Positions 12,201 through 25,300 of a DNA stretch of 64,000 nt are shown here, piece after piece (positions within the stretch are counted from its first letter, which is position 1; each line of letters begins with the position of its first letter). Location of the stretch: contig OZ024743.1 of NCBI GenBank assembly GCA_964016885.1, positions 91,140,001-91,204,000 on the forward strand, written 5' to 3'. A program made the translations under genes and the position numbers. Origin of the DNA: Eledone cirrhosa (taxonomy: Eukaryota). The notes beneath the pieces are model-generated. The model worked only from the letters and a program-made list of their open reading frames with translations, was not told the DNA's origin and did no database searches.

Positions 12201-14029
12201 TGACAAATAGATACAGCAGAAAGAAGGGAAGATTTTTTTTTGATCTTGTTGAGTACAAGGCAACCTCTCTAGTGCCATGATTAAATGCACCTCATACACT
12301 CTGTAATGGAGGCAAATGAACAGACAATGAAATGTTGAGAGCATCTTTCCATCTTGCCTAGTACATGGTGTTGGTGACACAGTAAAATGTCCCAGGTACA
12401 CTCACAGAGTGGTGGGTGTTAGGAAGAGTGAATGAATTGGTAGCATTGTTAACTCTTTATTATTTACATTACTCTATTTTGACTATTATATTTCCATGGT
12501 AAAGGCTTTGTCTCACATGATATTGAATCTATGAGATTTTGATATTATTTATTTTGAGAACAGTACCTTAATATCAGTATGAGTGGCCAGCTATGGCTGG
12601 TTTGAACAGAAAGAGGTGTGAGAATTCTGGCTGGATACGGCTGGTTTAAAGATTAAAGACTAAAGGGTTAAAGCATTGTATTAAATGCTTTATAGTATTT
12701 GTTCCAGTTAACCATGTTCTGAGTTCAAATCTGGCTATGGTTAACATTGCCTTTCATTCTTTTTGGGATTAATAAAGTACCAATCGAGGAGTGACAGAGT
12801 GACAGAATTGTTAGTCTAACTATTGGACTACTTGCTTTGCACTGACTATTCTGGCTCCTCAGTGCAGTGTCTATTCAAATTCTCCAATGTGTCTATTCTG
12901 CACTTGACCAGCATGGACAGATAGGCTTAAAACCTGCTTCATCCAGCAGTAGATCAATGAGGGTTTGCTTTTAAAATATGCAATTTATTGGGGGGGGGGG
13001 GGGGCAGATTGGTCAAGCATGTGGTAACCTTCATGGTGCTAGTGTCACAATATAATCTACCCAGTACACTGTAAAATGTTAGTGCTAGTGTCACAATATA
13101 ATGTCCCCAGTACACTCTGTAAAGTGAGTGCTGGTGTCACAATAAAATGTATCCACACTGTAAATGTGGTTGGTGTTAGGAAGGGCATCCAGCCGTAGAA
13201 AACCTGCCAGATAGTCCTATATGAGCGAGACACGGTCACCCGACCAACCTTGCCTCAAGTGGGACAACTCCCGTCTAACCCATGCTAGCGTGGAAGATGG
13301 ACGTTAAACGAAGATGATGGTGATGATTCTGTAAAGATGAGGTGCTGATTCTACAATATAATGCACCCAGTACATGCTGTAATGTGGTAGTGCTTGTGCC
13401 ACAATAAAATACATCCAGTATATTTTGTAAAATGTTAGACAACCTGTCCAGTCTTGGACTGCGACAACTTGTCCAGTCTTGGACTGCAACAACTTGTCCA
13501 GCCCATGCTGGCATGGGCTGGGGGTCATAAAATGATGACCATCAAAATATGCTGCTGTAATGTTAAAAAAATATTAATTTCAATCTCTCTGTCTTTCTTA
13601 GGATCTCCTGTTAAAGTTAAAGCAGTAATTGAAGACAATTTGGAAACACTGCCACCAAAAGTTACATCACGGTCTGATAGAGGAGCTCCCTCTTTTATAC
13701 CCACTGATTTTGTCTTCACTGTTCCTGAAAATCTACAGTCCTATGACCTCTCATCTTCACTCAGTCCAAACAGTACTCATAGTTTCATTTTCGGCGGATT
13801 TGATGAACCTCCTACCAATATTTTCAAGAAGTATGTATTAAAATTCAGAGAGAGAATGAATATGTGTGTGTGTGTGTGTATATATATTTGTATATATATA
13901 TAAATATATATATATAAATTAAAGATCGATTGACATATATATAAAAAAACATTAGAATCATTGAGCTTTGCCTACGGAAATGGCACATGTCTGTGATTTT
14001 CTCGGACATGACTTCTATAATTTTGTTAG

Positions 14030-14062
<33 letters not shown>

Positions 14063-16514
14063 TCATTTGTTTTGTGGTTCACCAATGGATAGAACTAGTC
14101 ATTCTGTTTAGTTAACCATGATGTAATAGTAGGAAAAGCACTCTACATTACACAACGCATTTGTCATTGATTTTGAATCCTGTGGCTGGTGCATGAATGG
14201 AGTTAAATATTAATTTGGTTAAAATAGCAGGAAGCCAAATGGGTGATATTCCTTTAAAGTTTTATTGTAAAAAACACTATATATCTTTGAATGGCCTGGC
14301 GACATCATAAGGTGTGGATTGCATAATTAGTTAATCAATAAATGAATTAAGGTAAACACAAACAGAGAATAGAGAAAATATTTGATTTGGGGATGCCCTG
14401 GGAAATAGGAGTTATTGTTGCTGCCGACCATCTATATCATCATCATCATCATTTCCTTTTACGTCCGCTTTTCCCTGCTTGCAAGGGTGGGACGGGGACT
14501 GATTCTGGCTTGATTTCTACAGCTGGATGCCCTTCCTAACACCAACCTCATTTACAGTGAGTGCTGGGTGCTTTTTTGCCGTGGCACCTCCACGACCACT
14601 TTACAGTGGAATGATAGGGACCCCAGTCCCTATCATCTCATTTCTACAGCTGAGTAAACTGGAGCAATGTGAAATAAAGTGTCTTGCTCAAGGAAACAAC
14701 ACATCACCCGGTCTGAGAATTGAACTCACAACCTTTCGATTGCAAGGCCAATGCTCTAACCACTAAGCCATGTGCCTCTATATATAAGTATATATAAACA
14801 AATGGCCGTCCAAACCCATGCAAGCGTGGAATATGGACGTTAAACGATGATGATATATATATATATTTATATATATATATATATCAGGAAGCCTTTTCAT
14901 TTGCATACTATCATCCGAACAACACTTGATAGAGTAATAAATATTATTTAATTACAATATGAATATGATAGTTATTGATCTAAATTTCTATATCGTAAAA
15001 CTGTATGGCTTTTGTCCTGTTTAACCATACAGCATCATGCTTGCATTGCCCAGTAAAGTAACAAAATGCTGACAGAATACTAGCTAGATTTAAGAGAATC
15101 TTTAAATATGCTACTTAAATATTTGTCAGTGCTTTAGTTCTCGCTTTCAAATAGCAAATATATCGAGTAGTTTGCAATAAATCAGTACATACCTCACATT
15201 TTTATGAAGGCTCTGGATCATATTTGGTGAATGGAACACCAGGCATGCCGTGTCAAATTACTTTTATTTATATTGCCTCGGGAATGTCGTTTTTACATTT
15301 GATATTGTCATTAATGATTTCCATTGTCTCATCATCAATAAATATATTGGATAAAAGGCTGTATATAACAACCCATGGTAGCGTGGAAGATGGACGTTAA
15401 ACAATGATGATATATATATATATGAAGCATATAGACAATATGCCCCCACACCCTCCCACTGCAAAGTGGTCGTGGAGGTGCCACGGCAAAAAAGCACCCA
15501 GCCCACTCTGTAAAATGGACATGTAGGCGCCACGGCAAAAAAGTACCCAGCACTCACTGTAAATGAGGTTGGTCTTAGGAAGCGCATCCAGCTGTAGAAA
15601 TCAAGCCAGAATCAGTTCCTGTATGAGCAAGACAAGGTCAGCCGACCGGACACTGCCCACAACAGGACAACCCGTCTAACCCATGCTAGCGTGGAGGAAC
15701 GGACGTAAAACGGTGATGATGATGATATATATATATATATATATATATATATTGATTTAAAGTATCGTAACATATATAATACGTGTAATGAAATTGTTTC
15801 TCCATAAACATTTCTCCAGAGCATCAATAATTCAAATTTAAAAAACCATATGTATATAGACATAAATCTGTTTCTACTTTAGGCACAAGGCCAGCAATTA
15901 CCCAGTTCATTACTGGTACTTTATTTTATCGACCCCGTAAGGAATATATCATTAGTGAAACACATAGTATTTTGTACATATATATAAAAAGCAGTTGTAG
16001 GTAATTTCACTCCCGGTAATTTGACTGTCAGTCAATTTCACTCGATATTAGAAAATAATGTTGAAATTCATCAGTATTATTATTATTATTTATTATCAGT
16101 TCAAAACACAAAACCAATACAGTATTTGTAATATAAAGAAGTAAATATACCGTAACTATACGAAAAGGTAGACAAACATTACTAAAAGCCTCCTTTATTA
16201 ATCCAATACATGAATGTAATCATAGCAGTCAAAAATATAAATTAAAGTTTAATTATAATAAAGATAAAATAAAAAGTACAGTAAAACATAAAAATATTAC
16301 TAAAATCCATCTTATTTTCGGGATTATATCGCTCAATAATTATCTGCAGCTGTTTGTTTATATCTTTATACTTTTATTTGGTTTTGCAGTTCTCACCTCG
16401 ATCCGGGTCAAAATACCAGGAGTCAAATTACCGGCTACCATAAAAAGCATATTTAGTAAACATTATATTATATCCTATGATTATATGTTATGATACTTTC
16501 AATTAGTGTGTGTA

Positions 16515-16569
<55 letters not shown>

Positions 16570-19500
16570 TCATCGTCACCGTTTTACGTCGATTCTTTCA
16601 CGTTAGCATGGGTTAGACGGGCTGTCCTGTTGTGGGCAATGTTAGGTCGGGTGACTTGTCTAGCTTATATGGCAACTGATTTTGATATATATATCTATAT
16701 ATATATATATATACACACACACATATATATATATATGGATGGTCAGCAGCAACAATAACACTATTTCGCGAACCATCTCCGAATCAAATATTTTTTTTCA
16801 TTTGAATTATGCATATATAATCCATGCAAGCAAGAAAAACTGGGCATGATAACCATGGTTATTGTGGAATTGGCAGTATCAGTAGAGAGTCGGACGCCAT
16901 GCTTTCCAGCACAGTTACGTCCCTTTACGGTCTGAGTTCAAATCCCTCCAAGGTTAACTTTGCCTTTCATCCTTACGGAGTTGATAAAATAAAGTACCAG
17001 TAATGTACTGGGTAATTGCTGGCCTTGTGCCAAAAGTAGAAACAATTATTATGATGATATATGTGTGTCTGTGTATGGAATGTTTGTGAGTTTGTATATA
17101 TAGATATGTGGTTGGCATTAGGAAGAGTATCCAGCTAGAAACCATGTGAAAATCAGTTCCATATGAGCAAGACACGGTCACGGTCATCTGATCTGGCTTG
17201 TCCCACAACGGCACAGCTCATCTAACCCAGGCTAGCATGGAAAAATGGATGTTAAATGGTGATGATGATGATGATGTATGTATAGAGTGTTTGTGAATAT
17301 GTGTGTATACATATAAATATGCTTATGTATGGAGTGTTTGTGAGTATGTATGTATACATAGAAATGTGAGTGGTTGTGAATACATATGTGCGTGTGTGTA
17401 TTTAATCAATTTAACGTCTGTAGAGCTGGTAAGTTATCGACTGGGAAAGGTATCAAATAACATTTATAATTAACCCTTTAGCATTTCAACTAGCCGTATC
17501 TGGCCAGAATTCCTTCACCTTTTTCTGTTTAGACTGGCTGCTCATACTGATGTTAAGGTATTGTTCTCAAAATAAATAATATCAATATCTCATAGATTCA
17601 ATATTATGTGAGGTAAAGGCCTTTACTGTGAAAATACAATAGTATTTATAGAGTAATGTAAATGCTAAAGGGTTAATAAACAAAACCAGGAGAGACAAGG
17701 AGAGAGACATAAATGTTAGGAAGGAAAATGTTTCATCATCACCATCTTCGTTTAACGTCCATCTTCCACGCTAGCATGGGTTAATGTTTGCGTAGCTTCC
17801 ATATATTGGAAGAACTTGTTTGTAGTTACACCTCCAATCTTGGTAGTTTAAGACTGACTTTAGGATGTCCTCCCTTTCTCTGAAACTGTTATAAAGTTTC
17901 TAATCTCCAAGAACATAGACGTGATTCTGTACAAACTGTTCTTGATAAAATATAGTTTAAAGGTTCATGGCCTGTTTAAAGCCAACATAGTTTTTGTTTA
18001 TTAAGCATATTCAGTCATCATCATCATCATCATCATCATTTCATTTTACGTCCGCTTTTTCCCTGCTTGCAAGGGTGGGACGGGAATTGATTCCGGCTTG
18101 ATTTCTACAGCTGGATGCCCTTCCTAACACCAACCTCATTTACAGTGAGTGATGGGTGCTTTTTTTGCCATGGCACCTCCATGACCACTTTTGCAGTGGA
18201 GTGATATGGACCCCAGTCCCTATCATCTCATTTCTACAGCTGAGTAAACTGGAGCAATGTGAAATAAAGTGCCTTGCTCAAGGAAACAACACATCACCTG
18301 GTCTGAGAATTGAACTCACAACCTTTTGATTGCAAGGCCAATGCTCTAAGCCATGTGCCTCCATCAGTGTCTGATACATTTTAATTGTTGAAATATCTGG
18401 CTTAGATAATGGAGGATTGAAGCTTGATAGCTTATCTCTAGATTCTTCTCTTAATTTTCCCCACTTTTGACTACTTATGTTTTTGCTGAATGATTTGACT
18501 TGCGATAGATTTGGAATGTTCTCTATATCTATTATTTCTCACTGTATCCCTCTGTTGCAAATTCATCTGCTTTCCTGTTTCCTTTAACCCTTTCATAACT
18601 GCTTTTCTAATAAAATACACTCTATTTCAATTAATTAATGAAGAATTTTGAGGGATTTATTAAAATCATTAATAAGACAGTAACTCAATGTAAGGTTCTT
18701 ATGTAAAATTATGTTGGAAGATTTTAATTTAAATTGGAAACCTTTAGAATGAGCGGTTTTATTTCATAGATTGGTACCCTAATCATTGTTACTTGTTTAT
18801 TATTTTTAACAGGGCACACTTCTTCTACTTTATTGAAATAGTTCTAGGTTTGACAAGCTATCGGTCTATGGATGATATCATTCCCCCATAACTCGGCATC
18901 AAATATTATAAAATTCTAAGGCTCTTATTTGTATTATTGTTATGAAAAGACCAGGTAACTCAATTGTCTGAATGTGAGCCATTTGTTAACCCTTTAGCAT
19001 TTAATCCAGCTAGAATTCTATCACCTCTTTCTGTTCAAACTGGCAGTAACCGGTTACTCATACTTATGTTAAAGTATTGTTATCAAAATAAATATCAAAA
19101 TCTTGTAGATTCGATATCTCAAGTATTTACTGTGAAAATACAATAGTAAATATAGAGTAATGGAAATGCTATTGGAATCAATTTGAATGTGAAATGTTTT
19201 TTTTTTTTTGCTTCCTCCTTTGTTTTGTTTTTTTATTATTACTTTGAAGAATTATAATTGTTCTAGGAATGGGACAACTGAATATACAATTCCTAGATTC
19301 TTCTATCAACAATTAGAGTAAACCCTGTTTTATGGAAAATGGCTAGCCCAATTTGGTTTTCCCTATTTGAGCGTGAAAGAAATTGTAAAAACAATGTCAT
19401 TCTTACATAGAAAAAAGTGTAAAAGCTGCATTTAAAAAAATTTATTTTAGTATAAAACAAAAATTATTTTCAGAATTGGCTACGCCGGTGCTAAAACTGT

Positions 19501-20265
19501 TGGTGTAACAGAGGAGGAGAATGCATGTGAAATGGTGGAGGAGAGTGAGGCTGTCATGGAGCAGGACAACGCTGCAGTGGAAGAGAGTGAGGATGTCGTG
19601 GAGCAGGACAACGCTGCAGTGGAGGAGAGTGAGGCTGTCGTGGAGCAGGACAACGCTGCAGTGGAAGAGAGCGAGGATGTCGTGGAGCAGGACAACGCTG
19701 CAGTGGAAGAGAGCGAGGATGTCGTGGAGCAGGACAACGCTGCAGTGGAAGGGAGCGAGGATGTCGTGGAGCAGGACAACGCTGCAGTGGAGGAGAGCGA
19801 GGATGTCGTGGAGCAGGACAACGCTGCAGTAGAGGAGAGTGAGGATGTCGTGGAGCAGGACAACGCTGCAGTAGAGGAGAGCGAGGCTGCCAAGGTTAAA
19901 AAATTTGTTGGAGCTACTGATTCAACAATTACCCCTGTTAGAAATGACCATGAGCCAGCAGTATTCAAGACTCCAGTTAGCAGTAGCATTGGTTTTAAGT
20001 CGAAGAAACGGAACTCTTATTCAGACACTAAACCAAGCAGCAAAAAGAAAAGCAAGAAGTCACTGTCGTGTCATAAGATGGATTCAACTAGAGTACCACA
20101 GTCACCTGAAGAATGGTAAGTTGGAAAGAATTATTATTTCCTTGGAGGGCAGAAAAACCTATTTCGAATTTTCAATGCCCTAGGGACTGCATTAGATAGC
20201 TATAACGTCGCGCCCTTATAATATCTGTGTATGTCTGGCTGTCTGCATTACTACATTATGACACT

Positions 20266-20297
<32 letters not shown>

Positions 20298-21123
20298 GTG
20301 TGTGTATATATATATATAACTAGAGTACCACAGTCACCTGAAGAATGGTAAGTTGGAAAGAATTATTTCCTTGGAGGACAGAATCGGTAGAGAGCTGGAC
20401 AAAATGCTGGATCTCTGTTGATTGACCAATGGAACAGCTTGCTTGTATAATTAACATGCAAGTGGCTGAGCATTCTATAGATGTGCAACCCCTTAACCTG
20501 GGTCTGTGGGAGTTTCAGTGTGATACAGTATATGACCAATCTTGTCCTTTGAATTAAAGGTACAACTCAATTTTGTCAGCTAAGTGAACTTGAGCAATAA
20601 ATAATAAAGTGCCTTGCTCAAGGTTCTTATGTAAAATTATTTTAGAAGATTTTAATTTCAATTGGAAACCTTTAAAATGTGTGATTTTATTTCATAGAAC
20701 CAGAGCCGGTTTTGGCCGGGTTGGTATTTAAAGGGTTAAACTTTTTTTTTAACCACATGCACAACATAGACAAACAATAGACACCATCTTCATAATCATC
20801 ATCATTGTTATTGCTGCTAGAAAATAATGTTCAATTGTTTTTGTTTTGCCAGGGTTGAACTTCTGAAGAAATCTCCGATGATTGAAATGACACGACGTAA
20901 AATGCCCAAACATCAGCTGGATAAAAGTAATTCTTTCTTTAACTTCTCAATGTTGTCATGCACACTCATAGCAAATTACCTTCATTTTGATGTTGTATGA
21001 ATTGAAATGAAAAAGTGAAATTTCGAGCTCACACCTAGGTGGGATTTAGCTGGCCTTCTGTGGAGTTGTAGCTCATAGGTTTCCTGGGTGATTCAATGGT
21101 AGAGGCCCCACTCCTATTATGAA

Positions 21124-21162
<39 letters not shown>

Positions 21163-21232
21163 GTCTTCTGTGGAGTTGTAGCTCAGAGGTTTCCTGGGTG
21201 ATTCAATGGTAGAGGCCCCACTCCTATTATGA

Positions 21233-21287
<55 letters not shown>

Positions 21288-21360
21288 TAGGTCTTCTGTG
21301 GAGTTGTAGCTCATAGGTTTCCTGGGTGATTCAATGGTAGAGGCCCCACTCCTATTATGA

Positions 21361-21393
<33 letters not shown>

Positions 21394-21464
21394 GGTCTTC
21401 TGTGGAGTTGTAGCTCAGAGGTTTCCTGGGTGATTCAATGGTAGAGGCCCCACTCCTATTATGA

Positions 21465-21498
<34 letters not shown>

Positions 21499-21568
21499 GT
21501 CTTCTGTGGAGTTGTAGCTCATAGGTTTCCTGGGTGATTCAATGGTAGAGGCCCCACTCCTATTATGA

Positions 21569-21599
<31 letters not shown>

Positions 21600-21671
21600 G
21601 GTCTTCTGTGGAGTTGTAGCTCAGAGGTTTCCTGGGTGATTCAATGGTAGAGGCCCCACTCCTATTATGAA

Positions 21672-21707
<36 letters not shown>

Positions 21708-21778
21708 GGTCTTCTGTGGAGTTGTAGCTCATAGGTTTCCTGGGTGATTCAATGGTAGAGGCCCCACTCCTATTATGA

Positions 21779-21809
<31 letters not shown>

Positions 21810-21881
21810 GGTCTTCTGTGGAGTTGTAGCTCAGAGGTTTCCTGGGTGATTCAATGGTAGAGGCCCCACTCCTATTATGAA

Positions 21882-21939
<58 letters not shown>

Positions 21940-22109
21940 TCTTCTGTGGAGTTGTAGCTCAGAGGTTTCCTAGGTGATTCAATGGTAGAGGCCCCACTCC
22001 TATTATGAATGTGTGTGTATATATATATATATAGGTCTTCTGTGGAGTTGTAGCTCATAGGTTTCTTGGGTGATTCAATGGTAGAGGCCCCACTCCTATT
22101 ATGAATGTG

Positions 22110-22165
<56 letters not shown>

Positions 22166-22235
22166 TCTTCTGTGGAGTTGTAGCTCAGAGGTTTCCTGGG
22201 TGATTCAATGGTAGAGGCCCCACTCCTATTATGAA

Positions 22236-22269
<34 letters not shown>

Positions 22270-22341
22270 GGTCTTCTGTGGAGTTGTAGCTCAGAGGTTT
22301 CCTGGGTGATTCAATGGTAGAGGCCCCACTCCTATTATGAA

Positions 22342-22385
<44 letters not shown>

Positions 22386-25300
22386 TCTAAAGGGTTTTCC
22401 CTAAGAATGAAAGGCAGGTTGTATGATGCCTGCATACGAACAGCAATGTTGCATGGCAGTGAGACCTGGGCATTGTGTGCAGAGGATATACGCAGACTAG
22501 AGAGGAACGAAGCTTGCCTGCTCCGCTGGATGTGTAATAGTAATATACGTGAACGGCAAAGCATAAGCGAACTAAGGAAAAAATTAGAAATAAGAGGGAT
22601 CAGGTGCTGTTTACTCGAGAGAAGGCTACGTTGGTATGGTCACGTGATGCGCATGAAAGACGACAGCTGTATAACAAAGTGCAGGGCAATAAAGATAGAC
22701 GGTAGCCACGGAGTAGGCAGACCCAGAAAAACCTGGGACGAGCTGATAAATTCTGACCTCACACATTTATACCTCTCCAAGACAATGTCACTGGACCGAG
22801 ACCTTTGGCGGTACTCAGTAATAGAGAAGACCCGCCTTACCTAAATACAAAGTAAAACCTACTACAGCCAGTAGGCATCTCTAACAAAATACACCCCCGT
22901 CCCACCACCCCCACCCCATCCACACCGCCCCTTCAATGTAAAGTTATGTTGGTGCCACAACATCCAGGCCGAAACAAATGAGATCGTGTAGGTGTCACGA
23001 CAAAAAACACACAGTCCACGCTGTAATGTGGCCGTGTAGGCAACACGGTAAAAACCTCCCAGCCCCACACTGTAAATGTGGTTGGTGCTAGGAAGGGCAT
23101 CCAGCTGTAGAAAACCCGCCAGGCAGTCCTATGCGAGCAAGACAATCACTCTTGCCTCAAGTGGGAAAATCCCCGTCCAAACCCATGCAAGCGTGGAACA
23201 TGGACGTTAAACGTTGATGATGATGATGAGGTCTTCTGTGGAGTTGTAGCTCAGAGGTTTCCTGGGTCATTCAATGGTAGAGGCCCCACACCTATTATGA
23301 ATATATATATATATATATTTATTTAAGTGAGGGTGCATGGCTTAGTAGTTAAAACATTGAGCATACAATCGTGAGGTTGTGGATTCCATTCTTGGACCAG
23401 ACTTTGCCATATGTTCTTAAGCAAGACATGTTATTTCACGTTGCTCCAGTTGACTCAGCTGTAAAAATGAGTTGTGACGTCACTGATGCTAAGCTGTATT
23501 GGCTATTGTCTTTCCCTTGGACAACATTGGTGGTGTGGAGAGGAGAGGCTGGTATGTATGGGTGACTGCTGGTCTTCCACAAACAAACCTTACCCAGACT
23601 TGTGCCTTGGAGGAGAACTCTCTAGGTGCAAATCCCATGGTCATTTGTGATCAAAAGGGTCTTTATTCTTTACTCTATATATATATATTATATTTTGGGA
23701 GGATCATGCTGCTAATAAAAATGCACTCACTTGTTAGGTTTCACTTAATTTAATGTAATTTCTCAATCTGTTAGTTTAATAACCGAATGGTTGTTTAATT
23801 GTTGTCATCAAAGCTCTTTCATCACACATTCTGTAACCTCCTCAGTGACTCATCATCACCGTTTTACGTCCGTTCTTCCACGCTAGCATGGGTTAAACGG
23901 GTTGTCCTGTTGTGGGCAGTATCTGGTCGGCTAACCATGCCTTGCTCATACAGGAACTGATTCTGGCTTGATTTCTACATCTGGATGCCCTTCCTAACAC
24001 CAACCTCATTTACAGTGAGTGGTGGGTGCTTTTTCGTGGCGCCTACACGTCCACTTTACAGTGTGGGCTGGGTGCTTTTTTGCCGTGGCACCTCCACGAC
24101 CACCTTGCGGCGGGGGGTGGGTGGGGGCATATTGTCTATATGCTTCAGCTTGTACCCATGGGAGGTCGGGTACTCTGTATTACTGCGTGACACCAGAGGT
24201 CACGGTCGTGTGTCATTGCCTTTGAGAGGTGTAATTGGGTAAGGTCGGCATTTATCACCTCATCCCAGGTCATCTTGGGTCCCCCCACTCCGCGGTTTCC
24301 ATCGACTTCTAGTGCTCTGCACCTTTTTATGCAGCTGTCATCCTTCATACGCATCACATGTCCATACCAGCGCAACCGCCTCTCCTGCACACAGCATTTG
24401 ATTCCTCTTATGCTCAGTCCCTCTCTCAATTCATTTATGCTTTGTCGTTCACGTATATTACTGTTACACATCCATCGGAGCATGCAGGCTTCATTTCTCT
24501 CTAATCTACGTAAGTCTTCCACCTTCAGCGCCCAGGTCTCACTGCCATGCAACATCGCTGTTCGGATACACGCATCATACAGTCTGCCTTTCATTCTGAG
24601 GGAGAAGCCTTTTGCAGCTAGCAGTGGTAGTAGTTCCCTAAACTTCTTCCATCCCGTTCTTACTCTAGTTATTGTACTTTCTGAACACCCACCTCCGCTG
24701 CTAATTCGGTCACCTAGGTAGCAGAAGCTGTCTACTGTTTCTACAGAGCCCTCCCAGAGATTGCTGGTACTTGTTTCCTGTGGCTGTTTGCTGCTTGCTG
24801 TCCCAGCACAGCTGCTGCATGTGAGGCCTACATTCTTAATTAAGCTTCCAGAGATCCCTCTACATCTCTTGTGTACCCATTGTTTGCATTTGGGGCAGAG
24901 AATGGAGTTCCTACCTACACCTTTCCTACATACTGAGCAAGGCCATTTCCCTGAGGGGATCTGGGTTCTGTTTTCTCGTCTACTTACAAGGACCTTAGTC
25001 TTTGTCATGTTGACTTTGAGACCCTTTCTTTCTAGTCCCTGCTTCCAAGTTTGGAATTTATTCTCTAGTTCTACCAGCTATAAGTGCGAGGTCATCAGCA
25101 TACAGGAGTTCCCATGGGCATCCGGTCTTAAACTCCTCCGTTATTGCCTGCAGGACTATGACGAACAGGAGGGGACTAAGAACAGAGCCCGGGTGGACCC
25201 CAACCTGTACGCTAAATTCCTCGCTATACTCATTGCTAATCCTAACTTTGCTGACTGCTCCCCTATACATGGCTTGTACCGCTTTCACAAGCCATTCATC

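Noticed and set aside
14700-14779. tRNA genes at SINE heads (also 5750-5824, 51696-51780 and others)
   Set aside because: They have A/B boxes but no cloverleaf, and they continue into SINE bodies.
15996-16439. DNA transposon with GGTAATTTGACT subterminal repeats
   Set aside because: Inverted motifs are visible at both ends, but I could not define termini or a TSD.
19480-19989. Minus-strand Ser/Thr/Cys-repeat ORF (and 10946-11351 over exon B)
   Set aside because: Antisense reading of coding tandem repeats; the splice signals and phases support the + frame.
21052-22388. CRISPR array
   Set aside because: The spacers are only (TG)/(TA) microsatellites, the repeat is about 72 bp, there are no cas genes, and the context is a eukaryotic intron.
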